From positions 118,261,515-118,325,514 of the forward strand of contig NC_068985.1 of the NCBI RefSeq assembly GCF_001194135.2: a stretch of 64,000 nt of DNA, in the 5' to 3' direction. The position numbers and the translations under genes were made by a program. Below are positions 27,271 to 40,800 of the stretch, piece after piece. The stretch's first letter is position 1; each line of letters opens with the position of its first letter. Origin of the DNA: Octopus bimaculoides (taxonomy: Eukaryota). Under the pieces are notes generated by a model. The model saw nothing but the letters and a program-made list of their open reading frames with translations, searched no databases and had not been told where the DNA came from.

Positions 27271-30200
27271 ACTTCGTGGATGAACTGCTGAGTCAAGAGT
27301 GAAATGTCAGAGGACACCTATGTTTGTTTGCAACAGCTTAGGTACCTAAAAAAACCACACACAAATACAAAAGGAAAACAAAAAAAGGCACGGTACAAGC
27401 TGCCAAGTCCTATTTACTTGCAAAGTTATGTCTTTGGTTGGCTAGTTATTTGAATCATGGTTTGCCTAATAAACTGTTCATAATAAACATGAGCAAATCT
27501 TTGAGAGAAAGAGAAAGAGAGCACACAGCAGTTTAAAATAGTGACTTGAAAGAAGGCTGAGAAATCTTTATTCTTTGTCATGTCTTTGGTCAAAGCAGCT
27601 CTTAACTATTAAATCCACCTACTTAACTGTAAAGTAGGTAATGCACTTTTGTAAGTAGTTGCTACATGATAGAAATGAGACACTTCACTGGGCCATAGAG
27701 ATAGATTCAATTTTGGAAGTAAAAAAATTAAGTACCAGGTTTCTGATTCATTTGGTTGTGGTTCAAATCAGCTGTAGATCTCAATGTATTTCCAATCAAA
27801 GTACCTTTACAATGCATCAGCTTATTTGAGTGAACTGTCAGGAATAGATTTCAGACTGTCAGGAAATGTTATCCATGTTACACTAGCATCCTATGTACTT
27901 AAAACCATGAAATTAGAGCTAGGGAAACGTATATCTATGACATGTACAGGGTTGTATTGCAGTTCATCTTTCATGGTGATTCTGTGTATATATTATTTCA
28001 TTGTCAGAACAAACAACAGAATTATAGGTGTCAGATTTTTATTTAGGTAATTGCATTTTATTTAGGTAATTGTAGGAAAAATATTCACTAGGAACAAACA
28101 GATGGTTTTTTTTTTTTATCTTACATTATTTCATCTGTTGAGATCCAACATCTTGGGAATTGAATCAGCTCTTCTTTACATACCTTCTTCTGTTATAGCC
28201 ACCTCAATATATATTTAAAATCATTTCCTAAATTCAGGACTATATTAGTCTAGTTAACTTAAGGTTGCAGCAATTCAGATCTTGATACATTATTATGTCA
28301 GAAATTAATTATAAACATAACATTAAATTTTAGTTTCGTAAAGGTTTTTTTTTTAAAAAGTATTTTGTCATCACCACTATCTGCACTCTTAATTTGTTGA
28401 TATAAAGAAAAAAAATAAACAAGTGAACAATTAAATTAAATTTATATTTTATCTTTTTCTTATTCTCTTTCATAGATGAAATAACTGGAAAAATACAAAT
28501 AAATAAAGAAATTAGATGAATAAATAATAAAAGCACCAGCTAGACTATTAGTGACATTTGTTGTTGTTGTTGTTGTGTGTGTATGCATGTATGTATATGC
28601 ATGTGTGTATAAGTGTGTGTAAAACTGTCCTTTAAAATAACCTAAGTTTCTTTTTGTAATGAGAGAGAAAAATTTCTGAGTAAATACAATTTTAAAATGA
28701 TTGACATGTTGGTATTTAAATCTAAATTTTAAATAAACAAAACTGAAAGTTTGTGTGTGTACACAGGGTAGGATGGGGGCTAATTAAAATATATTTTCTA
28801 ATTACCTGATTTATTAATATCTTGTATGTGTTACTAAATATAGATTTAAATTGCCAAAATACTCTTGTGGAAATAAATAGATATTAATGCTGGATTAAGT
28901 ATCTCATATGTAATTGCCATTCCTTTTTTAAAATCTAGTTAGTTGACATTTAAAAGTCCACCTGCTTAAACAGAATGTCAGTCTATCATATGATATGGCC
29001 CCCTCCACACACACATGCATGCATGCACACCTGTGACCAAAACTCATTTTTCAGTGGAGTGGTCTGAAGCAGCATGACATGAATGTGTCCTTCAGTCTGA
29101 CAATTGAACTCATGACCCATAGAACCCAACAACTCAAAAACTCTATGCTATATGCCTTCAGGGTATTGGTACAACTCTGTCAGAATGATGATGGTAGATG
29201 GTAGGATCAATAAAGAATCAGACAAAACAGTGATATGTCACACAGCTGGTAGATTGTCATATCCCATTCATTGTTCTAAGTTTGAACTGTTCCACAGATG
29301 ACATTGACTTTCATCCAATTTGTCTCAATAAAAGAAGCCTCTCTCAAGTACTGGTGAAGAGTTAAGCTACTATCTTCCCCATCTACAAAATCTGTGGATT
29401 TTGTCTTTAACCCTTTAGCATTTAAACTGGCCATATCTAGCTCAAATATACTACCTGTTTTATGTTCAGATTGGCCAGTTCCAACTTCTCACACCTACTT
29501 TATAATGTTATTCTAAAAATAAACAGCCACATCATTGAAATCTTGAAGCTAGAAGGTAATGCATAATTAATTCAAAACAATGTGAATAAATAAGCATTAC
29601 ATTTGACAGATTTGAATCTTATCTGAATGTTAAAGCATTAAGTTAAAAATCATTATTATGAGTACTGTTACATCACTGAATTCTGGGATTTCTTTGACAG
29701 CATTGGCATCAAGCCTCAAATGTTGGGTAATGAATATAATTAGGCAAATCACATCTAATCATTTCTGTCAATCCCAGAAGGATGAAAGGCAGAGTAGACT
29801 TATACAGAACTTGAAATCAGTATGTAAAAGAAGTCTTAACTAAAATCCTCAAAACATTTTGTCTAATGCTCTAAGGATTCTGCTAAACCACCACCCTAAT
29901 GGTGTTACTCAATATTCCTGGCTAATATCTCCATATTTCTGACAATATTTATTCATTTCTTGCAGGTTTTTTTTTATTTACTGCAATTTTACCCAGTAAA
30001 GAAAGAAAAAAAAATTAGTGAGGTTTAAAAAAAGTAGGTTAGTTTCTTTTTCCTGTTAGAATAAGAAGTTATGAATGACACATCTGCATTGCTTGTGTAA
30101 TGTCAATGTTGTTATATGAATACTATTTCTACCATGATAACTTTATGGCACCAATGAAATAGTAAGATATGGGAACCTTTAATATGTGATGGAAGAAACA

Positions 30201-32098
30201 AATTATTAAGTCTTCTGAAGAAGTGTTGAAGGCGGCAATTTTGCAAGGGAGGCATATCAGGATAAAGGGCAAAGACATAAATAGAATCTGAGACATTTTT
30301 TGTCTTGTAGTCTACAATTTTACTATCTTGATGGACAGTAATATTTATTGATTGTTTTGTCACAAGAATTAAAATATATTCAATTATCTGTGAGTCTCAA
30401 TAATTTTTTTATCACTTCTAGCACTTCAGTGACTTGAAAGAATGAAAGACAAAGTTGGTGCTAGTAAGATTTGAATTCACAACGTAAATGACAATGACCA
30501 AATACCAAGGCTTTACAAATTCTTTTATTTCTGTCCTCTTAAGAACAGTAATCCTCCGCCTACCATCTCATCATCATTATCTTCATTTTGCATCTAATTT
30601 TCTATGCTGGCATGAGTTGGATGAATTTTATGAGGCAATTTTTAGTTGCCTTTGACAAATCATAGGGACATGGTGTACCTATCCTATAATGGAGGTATGC
30701 ACAGGATATGGATAATGAAGTTGTAAATGATTTAATTCTGGGAATCTTTACAATTGTTTTGGATTGTGTGTGTGTGTATGAGAGCAGGGATGAGGTACAG
30801 ATCAGCAATTAGACAAAATAACTTGTTGGTTGTTACCACCACAGTTATGTGGGTAACTTGTATTATGACACTTAAATATGTCTTGTCTCTTTGTGAATGT
30901 TGTTCTCTGCTTAAAACTTATGTAAGTTAGCACAAAAATTTGGCAACTTGAACTATTACTATTTTTGGCCTATTTAGATCTTTTCTGGTACTCTCTTGTT
31001 AAGCATTGGTTAAGTATCTTTTAGATATTGATATATTTCATGTCTAGCTTTTATATATCCACGTTTCTTTTTTTCCCCCTCTTACCTATGGTTGGTACAT
31101 GTCTTTGATAATGTTTTATGATTGAAATTCAAGGTAGAATTACTTTATTGTTACTGGTGCTCTTAGGAGAGAGTCATGAACTCCATTGCTTCACATTCCC
31201 TTTTACATATTTCATAATCTTGTTATATTATTTATATATAAAAAAAAAAAAACTGCCATGAATTGTGAAATCTTGAATATAAATTGACTGTTAAAAGTTT
31301 GTTGAAAACATTATTAAATTCTGAATAACACAAGGAATATTTTCTCATTCATTAAAAACAAAACAGACCATCAAATGTTAAAACAAATGATTCTGGTATT
31401 AATTAAAGCATGTTTCTTTTTTCTCATCAAAGTTATAATTATACTTATTTTTGCATTTACTATAGGATTGGTAAAATTTTGAATTTATTTTGAAGTACAA
31501 TTTTTTCTATCAAAATTATTGTTTTTCTTTTTTTAAACTACTTGGTATCAGATCTAATTATTTACAATATATTTTATGTTACACTAACACGCTATTCAAA
31601 ATTGTTCTCTTCTCCATAGTTTACACTTGATAGAAATAACCAAGAGCAAATATGTTAAGACCAAAACTGAATATACAATCTTATTCTGATTTTTATAATT
31701 ATACAAGATTTTTCACATAGCGATAACTGTATTTTTCAAATGAGTAATATGTGCAGTTTGGTGGAAGGAACTGTCATATCACAGTCCTGGAAATACCTTA
31801 AAATAATCAAGAAACTAGGATTTAACATTATCCAAAATAGTGTTTATACTAGTTAAGCCATCTGTAATTAATAAATTTGAGTTTTAAACCCAAATTCATT
31901 AGTGACCATATATACTCATGTATAGGTCAACTTTGAGACTAATTTTTAAACCTGTGTGGTGGATTGACTACACTCCAAGTCTACAGTTATTCTCTAGGCT
32001 CAAAATATTTTCATTTTTGAAAGAATATCTACATAATATTTGACTTCCACCTCAGTTATTAACTTAAAAATTGATCTTCAAAAGTATTAACCTATGCA

Positions 32099-32141
<43 letters not shown>

Positions 32142-34834
32142 TGGCTAATTGAATGTTTATGATATCATATATATGAAAATAATAAATAAGCAAAATATGT
32201 TTGATACTGTACATGAACATAGTAAATGGTTTTAAAGATAAGTAATTGATTTAATCTCTATTACTGTTGATCCTAACCAGAATAAATGGCTTAAGAACAA
32301 AATTAAGAATTTGCTATATTTATCTGTAAGCAATTTTAGTTATATATTAATCATATAGAATCTCCTCTGAGCTGCTAAGCTCTCTATAAGAGTGCAGTTC
32401 TTATCAGTTTCAAAGAGCCAGATGTATAACATTAGTTTTTGTCTAACTGATAATATTACATATACCACATAACATTTACTAACTCTGGGAAGTTATTTCC
32501 AGTGAGTGGATTTTTTTTTAAAACAAAACTGAAAAGTGGAAATAAATTTTAGATAAATGCATGTTTAAAAGAAGGAATCGGATAAAATGTGTGGTATGTG
32601 ACCTGGGAAGTGGCGCATGTTATTGATAAAAGAGAAGAGAAATGGATATGATGTGTTGTTTAACCTGAGACCTGTGCTGTGATCAAAGGTGTGCTAGCCA
32701 TGATCATACTATTTTATTTTCAAACATAGTATATTTAGGACTACATTATCTTTCAGCCTTGCCTTGTTTAAAACAGTAGCATGGGACTTGAAGAATATTT
32801 GACTACTATTTGTTGTAGTTTGAGCGATCTTGTAGAGGTTAGAGGGTATGACGGGCATTTTAAATGTGACACAGAACAAGGAAGTAGTAAAAAGATGATG
32901 GAAAAGCAATTCATCAGTGTTCTATAGATTTGAGGCATTTTATGGCTGGTTTACTTCCCCATTAGAGAGTGGTTCATTAAACTGTTTTAGTAGTTAGTTT
33001 AACAATAAGCTACTGCATATACTTGAATATAAATAACAAAATTGTTAGACCAGAATTATAGGCTAACTTTGAAGGGTCAAATATTATATTGATTCTACTG
33101 TTGAGGCACTGAAATTCAAAGTACATTCCAAATTGATGTATCAGTAGCAGAACTTCAAATAATTTCTTAAATGAACAAAATGGGTGGAGGAGAGAAAAAC
33201 TAAATAAACTACAGAATTATATTGGTAAATATATATATCATCTAACTTATATAAGAAATATTGTGATGTAAGATAGCAAATTGGCAGAGTTGTTAGTGTT
33301 AGATAGAATACTTTTTGCTATTTGTTTTGACTCTCTGTGCACTGAGTTCACATTCCACTAAAGTTTACTTTGTTTTGTAACTCTTTGGGGATGATTAAAA
33401 AAAAAAAAGTACCGGTTCAGAATGAAACTGTTAAAGTTGGTCAAAATGCTTTACAGTATCTTGCATTCTGACAGCAACACCTGGGATGACACTATTACCA
33501 AGTTGTATCAATCTAAGTTAGTGGATTTTCCTTTAAACATCAATGGAATGCAGAGGAAGATTTGCATTCATGGGCAACAGCTAGTCTTCTTCAAAACACC
33601 ATAAACACGCCTGAACATACTTATGCAGATACAAGCTCCACATCGACTGCTGGAGGCCCTACGTGATGATGTGATGTATTTTCTATCACATTAATTATAA
33701 TAGTTATTGTAATAGGAGAGTATTGTAGTTCGCTTGAAGCATTGTGTATTGTTTGTAAAGAGTAAAAAGTTTAGGAAGGTATAACAATGCAATATAGAAC
33801 AAAAAATGGACTGTATACCTGTAGAAATTCTAATTCTGAAATATCATCGGACTACAGTTTACCAAGTTACAACAGGTATACAGTCCATTTTTTGTTCTAT
33901 ATTGCTTTATTATACCTTCCTAAACTTTTTAGTTATTGTAATGTTTCCTTGATGATAAAAGTGAGAAATCCCTAATGTAATGTTTCAGTAAATTGTACAT
34001 TAAAATGTATAATTCCTCAACTAGTAAATGTAGATCTGTTACCTATTAAAAATTAGTTTTGACTTTTACATGAAATACATGAAGAATTCGAAATTTTTAA
34101 ACCCTTAAAAACCAGCTGATATTTGCATAAGTTCAACTTTTGAGTTTATACAGTATATATTTTGTTGATTAATCAACTAATCATTAATAGCTTAAGTATT
34201 TCTTTATTACCAGCCATAGCCATGTAATTTGATTTCATCTGTAATTTAGAGAATATTTTGAGATAATTGCTTTAAATTCTTGGTTGAAGAAAAAATATTT
34301 GCACTTGGTAAAATCACATTTGAATTAAGTAGTTGAGAAATGGCCAACTTGGCATGAAATTTCTTCATTAATGTTTTGATTCCAATAGAGAATGTTTTGA
34401 CTAGTTTTGGCTATACATTTTTGTTTTCCAAAATGTTTACATTGAAATGGTTAATTTTATGCAAGTATAAAGAAAAAAAACCATACTTAAACAAAACTGC
34501 TCTTGTATTTTTAATTAATCTCAAAACAGCCATTATGAGGATTTTTTTTTTTTCCTGTATAATTTAGAAACTAAATTTTTAAAAGTATTTTCATATATTT
34601 TTCTCTAATTTAGAAAATATTGTAAAAAGAAGTGAAAATCAGTTAAAAGAAATTATTTGTTATGAAAGAAATAATAGTAATTGCAAATAAAGTATTACAT
34701 GATTTTTAAACATCTAATTTATTTTTAATTCAAAAAGTAGTTTAAAGTGAAATAAAAATCCTTTTATTATTATACATTTTAAATTCTTTTTAATTAACTT
34801 TAAAAGCATTTAAGTGTAAAGTAATACTCATTAG

Positions 34835-34874
<40 letters not shown>

Positions 34875-37800
34875 AGGAAAATATTTGGGAGTGAATATTC
34901 ATTTTTAAACATTAAATGTGTTTGTGTAATTTAGTAAATATTTGAAAATTTAGGAATGTACAATTACATAATTATACTAACTGTTATCCTAATTACTTGC
35001 CTGATCTAATCTTTTCAGAAATATAATATACCAGTAGTTAACAACTATGCTGTGGCGCCACACCATTCTGGTGTCTACCCTGTACATGAACCACTCTATG
35101 AAGCCTGGCACAAAGTATGGAATATCACAGTGTCTAGTACAGAAGAATATTTACACTTGAGACCTGCAAGGCGAAGAAGAGGATTTTTCTATCGGGGTAT
35201 TAAGGTAAACAAAAATTAGAAATAGCTTGTCATATAATTCTTTTCACTTAGCAGTGGAGTGATATTGTTGTTGAGTCCCAAGTCAGCCCTGGCAGGATCA
35301 ATAGTGTTGGATAAAATATCTTGTGACATTTGTTTCAATACTTAGGTTCTGAGATCAAATCCTACAAGTACTGCGACTTAATTTCACTGAACCTGGAAAT
35401 GCAATAAAATAAAGTATCTTCCTTCTGACTAAAAGAATTATAAAATATAGAAACGTGAGGTATTTATTTCAGTATTGACAATACTACTGTCAGATTTCTA
35501 GAATATGACCCTTGCAGCCTTGTAGTTAATTTAACTCATAGAAGTTGTTGTGAAGTCATGTTGTTAAAGTGCATTTGTACTAAACACATTTGCAGTAACA
35601 GTTTACTATGAACAATGAATAAATGCAATAAAATAAAAACTCAGTGTAATTTTGAAAGAACTTTAACACAATGTGTCTGAGATGAGAACTGGCTGAATTG
35701 TGACCTTGCTAAGTTACATTCTATCAAAAGGATAAAAGTTTCAAAACTAAAAAAAATACTTTAACTTCAAGGATAACAAAATGGAAATTTAGCCCTTCAT
35801 TTTCCATCAGTATTCATTTGTCATGCACTAGAATGATTATTATTGTTGTTGCTGTTTTGCATCTGGTTGGTCCTAATCAGGCAGACCTTTGATGAAAAGT
35901 GTTTTTGCTTTGTTCACTCTGCAATTTATTCTGACAGTTACTTTCTAAACTATATTATGCTAAGTATTAATTTCTTTTTTTAAATAGTGTGATATGAGAA
36001 ACATTTAGCTTCAGTTTCTTGCAGGTTAAATAACCACATGAAGGCAATCTTGTTGGTTCATCACACACATACAGTTTTCTCATTCTATTTAAGAGCTTTC
36101 ACATTCTGTATAAGAATATTTGCCCATTCTATATAAGAAACTATTCATATTATTAACTAATTTTAATTTAAAATCCAGAAAGAGATCACACTCAGTATGT
36201 CAGAAATTTTATGTGATTAGATTTCTCATCTCATCTTGTCCATAAAAATTATGAACTGGGGAGGTGGTAGTACACACCCTTGGTGGAGTCCAATGCCCGC
36301 ATAGAATGGTTTTGATTTAGTACCTTTTATCTGAACACACATGCTAGGACATTCATTGGATCTCATCAGACCCAGTGTAGCCAGATCACATGATCTGTAT
36401 TTATTTCTTATGACTAAGTCAGAGGATGCTGGCCTCTGAGAATGGTGGATGAAAATGAGAATGAAATCATGGCTTATCTGTTGCTCCAGTATGCCATATG
36501 CAATTATCCACAGACCTCACCTGAATTCTTGCTACAGGGTATCATAATCATCATTATCATATCATTTTCCATGCTGGCATGGGCTTAGCAAAACTTGATG
36601 AGACAATACACTGAGGCTGGATGGCCTTCCTGTCACCAACCCTTACTTAAGTAAAGTACTTATTCCTCTAGTCTTTTGCTTGATGAATCACTCAACTGAT
36701 AAATATGTAGACTCTGCTAAAATCTTTCCAAAGTCTTGTTGTGTTAATGATGTGACTGATTAGATCTTCATCTTTGGTCAAATTGAATACAGTCTGTAGT
36801 TATCTATTCATTGACATCCAGTGGTTTATATTTGTGGTAATAATTATTTTGTACAGAAAAGGAATCAATTCTTTATGAGAATCTGAAATTAGGACTTCAA
36901 TGAATAGTTTGTGTAATACTTTTTTAATTATGTTACAATGGATGTAATTAATCGATCATTGCACCACACCATTATCAGACCAAGAAATTATTAATAGCTT
37001 TTACTAAAATCATTTATTTACTGTTAAAGATTGTTATAAATATGGACATATTTTACTGTTTGTATGTAAACTGATTACTATATAATTGAATTTTAAACAT
37101 TGTTCATGTGCATCTTTATTACATGCATCGCCTAACTGGCTCCTGTGCCGGTGACACGTAAAAAGCACCATTTGAGCATGGTCAATGCCAGTACCACCTG
37201 ACTGGCTCTTGTGTCGGTGGTACGTAAAAAGCACCCACTACACTCTCGGAGTGGTTGGTGTTAGGAAGGGAATCCAGCTGTAGAAACTTTGCCAGATCAG
37301 ATTGGAGCCTGGTGCAACCTTCTTGTTTGCCAGCCCTCAGTCAAACCGTCTAACCTATGCCAGCATGGCAAGCAGACATTAAACGACGATGATGATGATT
37401 GGCCAATCCTATGCAATAAACTGTTTTATTTGTTAGTGTTTACCCTATTAATAAAGTAATATTTGAAAGAATCCAGGAATAATGGATTAAATCACCACAC
37501 TATTATCTGGTAGGTTTTCTCCCAAAGTTAACCAAGTAGTGTAAGTTAGTTTGCCATGAGAAAGAGCAGAGAATTTGTTTCAGGTAGGATCCTTCATTGA
37601 AAACATCACCTTTTTCCCCAGGTTGGACTACATCACTTTGACTAATATAACAGTGTCCATTACAGTTTGATATATTTTTAAGCAGTTCGATTTGTTTACT
37701 TATAACAATATTCATTCTATAATAAACTGTCTCATTTCATTAACTTATTTTTCCAACTTAGGTTCTTCCTCGCCAAACATGTGGGCTTTATACTCACAAT

Positions 37801-40800
37801 CTCTTAATAGACAAATACCCAGGTGGTCGTGAAAAGCTAGATGCCAGCATTCGAGGGGGAGAACTCTTCCAGACATTTCTTTACAATAAGGTAAACACAG
37901 CACTTTTTAAAGATATTTTTGTTGTATTTAATAAATACTAAAATACATATATGTAGTTACATATAATCATATGAGTGTGCATAGATTAATATGTATGTAC
38001 GTATGTGTAGATGTATGTGTATTTTAGCGTACGTGTGTATATGTGTTTGAGTACGTGTGTATGAGTGTGTACATGCATGCACATATCAGTATGTGTGTAG
38101 ATATATGTATATATTATATATATATATGTATGTATGCACATATATATGTCTATGTATTAATAAAATTTTTTTATTTATTTTGAATTTTAACCTTTGTGAA
38201 AATAGTGACATATATGTGTAGATGGATAAGTGTGTATATATGTGAATACTTTAAGATTATATGTATATATCTGTGTGTGTGTGTACGTGTTTATATGATT
38301 GTATGTGCTTGTACATATGTATAGGTAGGTTTATATTTGCATGTATGTATCTAAGACATTCTATCCATTCACCGTTAGCTGTGTATTTTAAGAAACAAAT
38401 ATAATTTGTATCTGTAACTTATTTTATTTATAATATTTATTGGTCAGTTGCCTTACAAATAATAATATGTTGTCTCTATAATAGATAATATTTTCAATTC
38501 ATTCCAGTTTTTCTGTCAGTTGTCTTATGAATAGTGTTATGAACATAATATATAATGCCTTTGATTTCATTTTTTAGTTAAAGCATTACATAACATAAAC
38601 CATAGCAGAAAGATATTATAGATTTTTCACTTCTATATTCTTTAAATAGCTGGTTATAGATATCAGAAATGCTTTTATATGTACTATCATTGTTCAATGA
38701 TCTTTGCAATTTATCTTTTGCTTTTCTGTAATGTATAGTATTGATATAGCAATTGCACCATAGAAGAGCTATTTTATTGACTTGAAAACACAAAAACTCT
38801 CAAATTCATTTTCTACTTATTTCTTAAGTTGGCAAAATTTTTATCACACACTGCAACCTCATCACTATACAATTCTACTACAACTTTGTCAGCGACCAGA
38901 ACCTAGTGGTGCAGTGAAAATTTTGACACAGAAATAAAGTGAATTTAAACGGCTTTTCCGTATTTTTTTAATGGCTATACCAGCTCTTCCATGATGTAAT
39001 GTCTTCAGTTTCAAAATATTGGTTTTGAATTGCTAGTTATTCATATGTTTATAATATTTTGTTGTAGGTCAACATCTTTATGACACACATGTGCAATTAT
39101 GGCAGTGACAGGCTTGCTTTGTACACATTTGAAAGTGCAGTTAAATTTTTGCAATGTTGGACCAACTTACATTTACAAACAATTCCTCCACAAGAACTAG
39201 CTCAAGTTTATTTTTCCTCATATCCAGATGAATTAAACCCAATATGGGTGGTAAGTACAATTTGCTCTCTAATTACTTCATGTGCTGCAACCTACATTCT
39301 CCTGTTTCATCTAAACATTTCTATATACCATATTATTATCATCATCATCCTTTTTTCTTTCATCACATGGGTTGGCTAAATTTCACTGTATATCTTGCCA
39401 TAAGCCATGGTTCTTTAGCTAACCTTCCACTATGGTTCTTTGTATTTATCTATAATTTTTTTTAAATTATAGGCTATTTTAATTTATTTTTCTTTCAAGC
39501 TTTGTTGTTTTCTTTTGCACAAAGCACATAATGCTATTTGCCTGACTCAAAGGAAAGGTTCTACACTTAATTTAGCATTGGAGGTTAGCAGTAGGTATAA
39601 CTTTAATCAGTAAAAACAATTTTTTCAACAAAATTCATCTCATCCACGCTACAGTGGAAATATGGTGTCATCTGCTTGAAATTTTCTCTGGCAACATGTC
39701 CACACTTGCTTGGAAACGAGTGAGGTTGGTGACAAGAAGATCATCTAGCCATAGAAAGTCTACCTCAACAAATTTTGTCTGACCATGCAACCATACGTGG
39801 AAAAGGGAATATTTAAATGGTGGTGCTTATATATGCATGCATGCATGTGTGTGTGTGTAATTCCAACTTCTGAGGTTTGTATTTGCTTGTTTACGATGTC
39901 TACGGAAAGAACTTGCTGAGTGAAAAGAAACAATTACAAATTCCATTGCTCAAAAGCTGACTGAACAAAAATTTTATGCTTGGATATGTATTACTGTTTT
40001 TATACTTGTATGCACACACCTACCTATCAATCTACATACCTGAAAATTTACACTTTCTATTGTCAAGGCAGTTAGCGTTCATTATGTTGTCAAATACTGA
40101 GCTGTACCTGCAGTTAAACACAGACTTCTAGTTTATGAAATCAACTGAAGTTTGATTACAGTAGTGTATGTAGTTTCAAAGATGAGGAAGTTAAACTCCA
40201 ATACTGCCATTGATACCTTTTACATAAATCACATTGCCTCTATCCATCTTAGTAAGACTTGCTTGACTAATTTAGCCAAAATTTGCTAACCTAATTTTCT
40301 CATATTATGCAAGTTTTCCAGTATTGTATTATAATAAAGGGCTGACTAAATAAAATAAATACAAGCTTCATCCTTCATCATCATTTAATGTCCATCTTCT
40401 ATGCTGGCATGGGTTGAATGGTTTGACAGGAGCTAGTAAACCTGTAGACTGCACCAAGTTTCACTGTCTGCTTTGGCATGGTTTTATAGCTGGATGCCCT
40501 TCCTAACGCCAACCACTTTACAGAATGGGCTGGATACTTCTTTCATTTTTATTGCATATGTTTTGTGTGCATTTTTGGCTGGACATACTATTCTATGTAC
40601 TTGAATTTACACAACTACTGAAATATATGCTAGGTCTTCTCGAACTGACACTTTATTCAATATATACTAGGTTGTCATGGACTGGCACTTTATTCAAAAG
40701 GAGTGTTAGCTCAGTTAATCAAAAAATTCATTAATTATGCTGTACTTCTGTTGTACACCAAAGAACAAGAGATAAACTCACAGTGATCTGTGGTGTGTTT

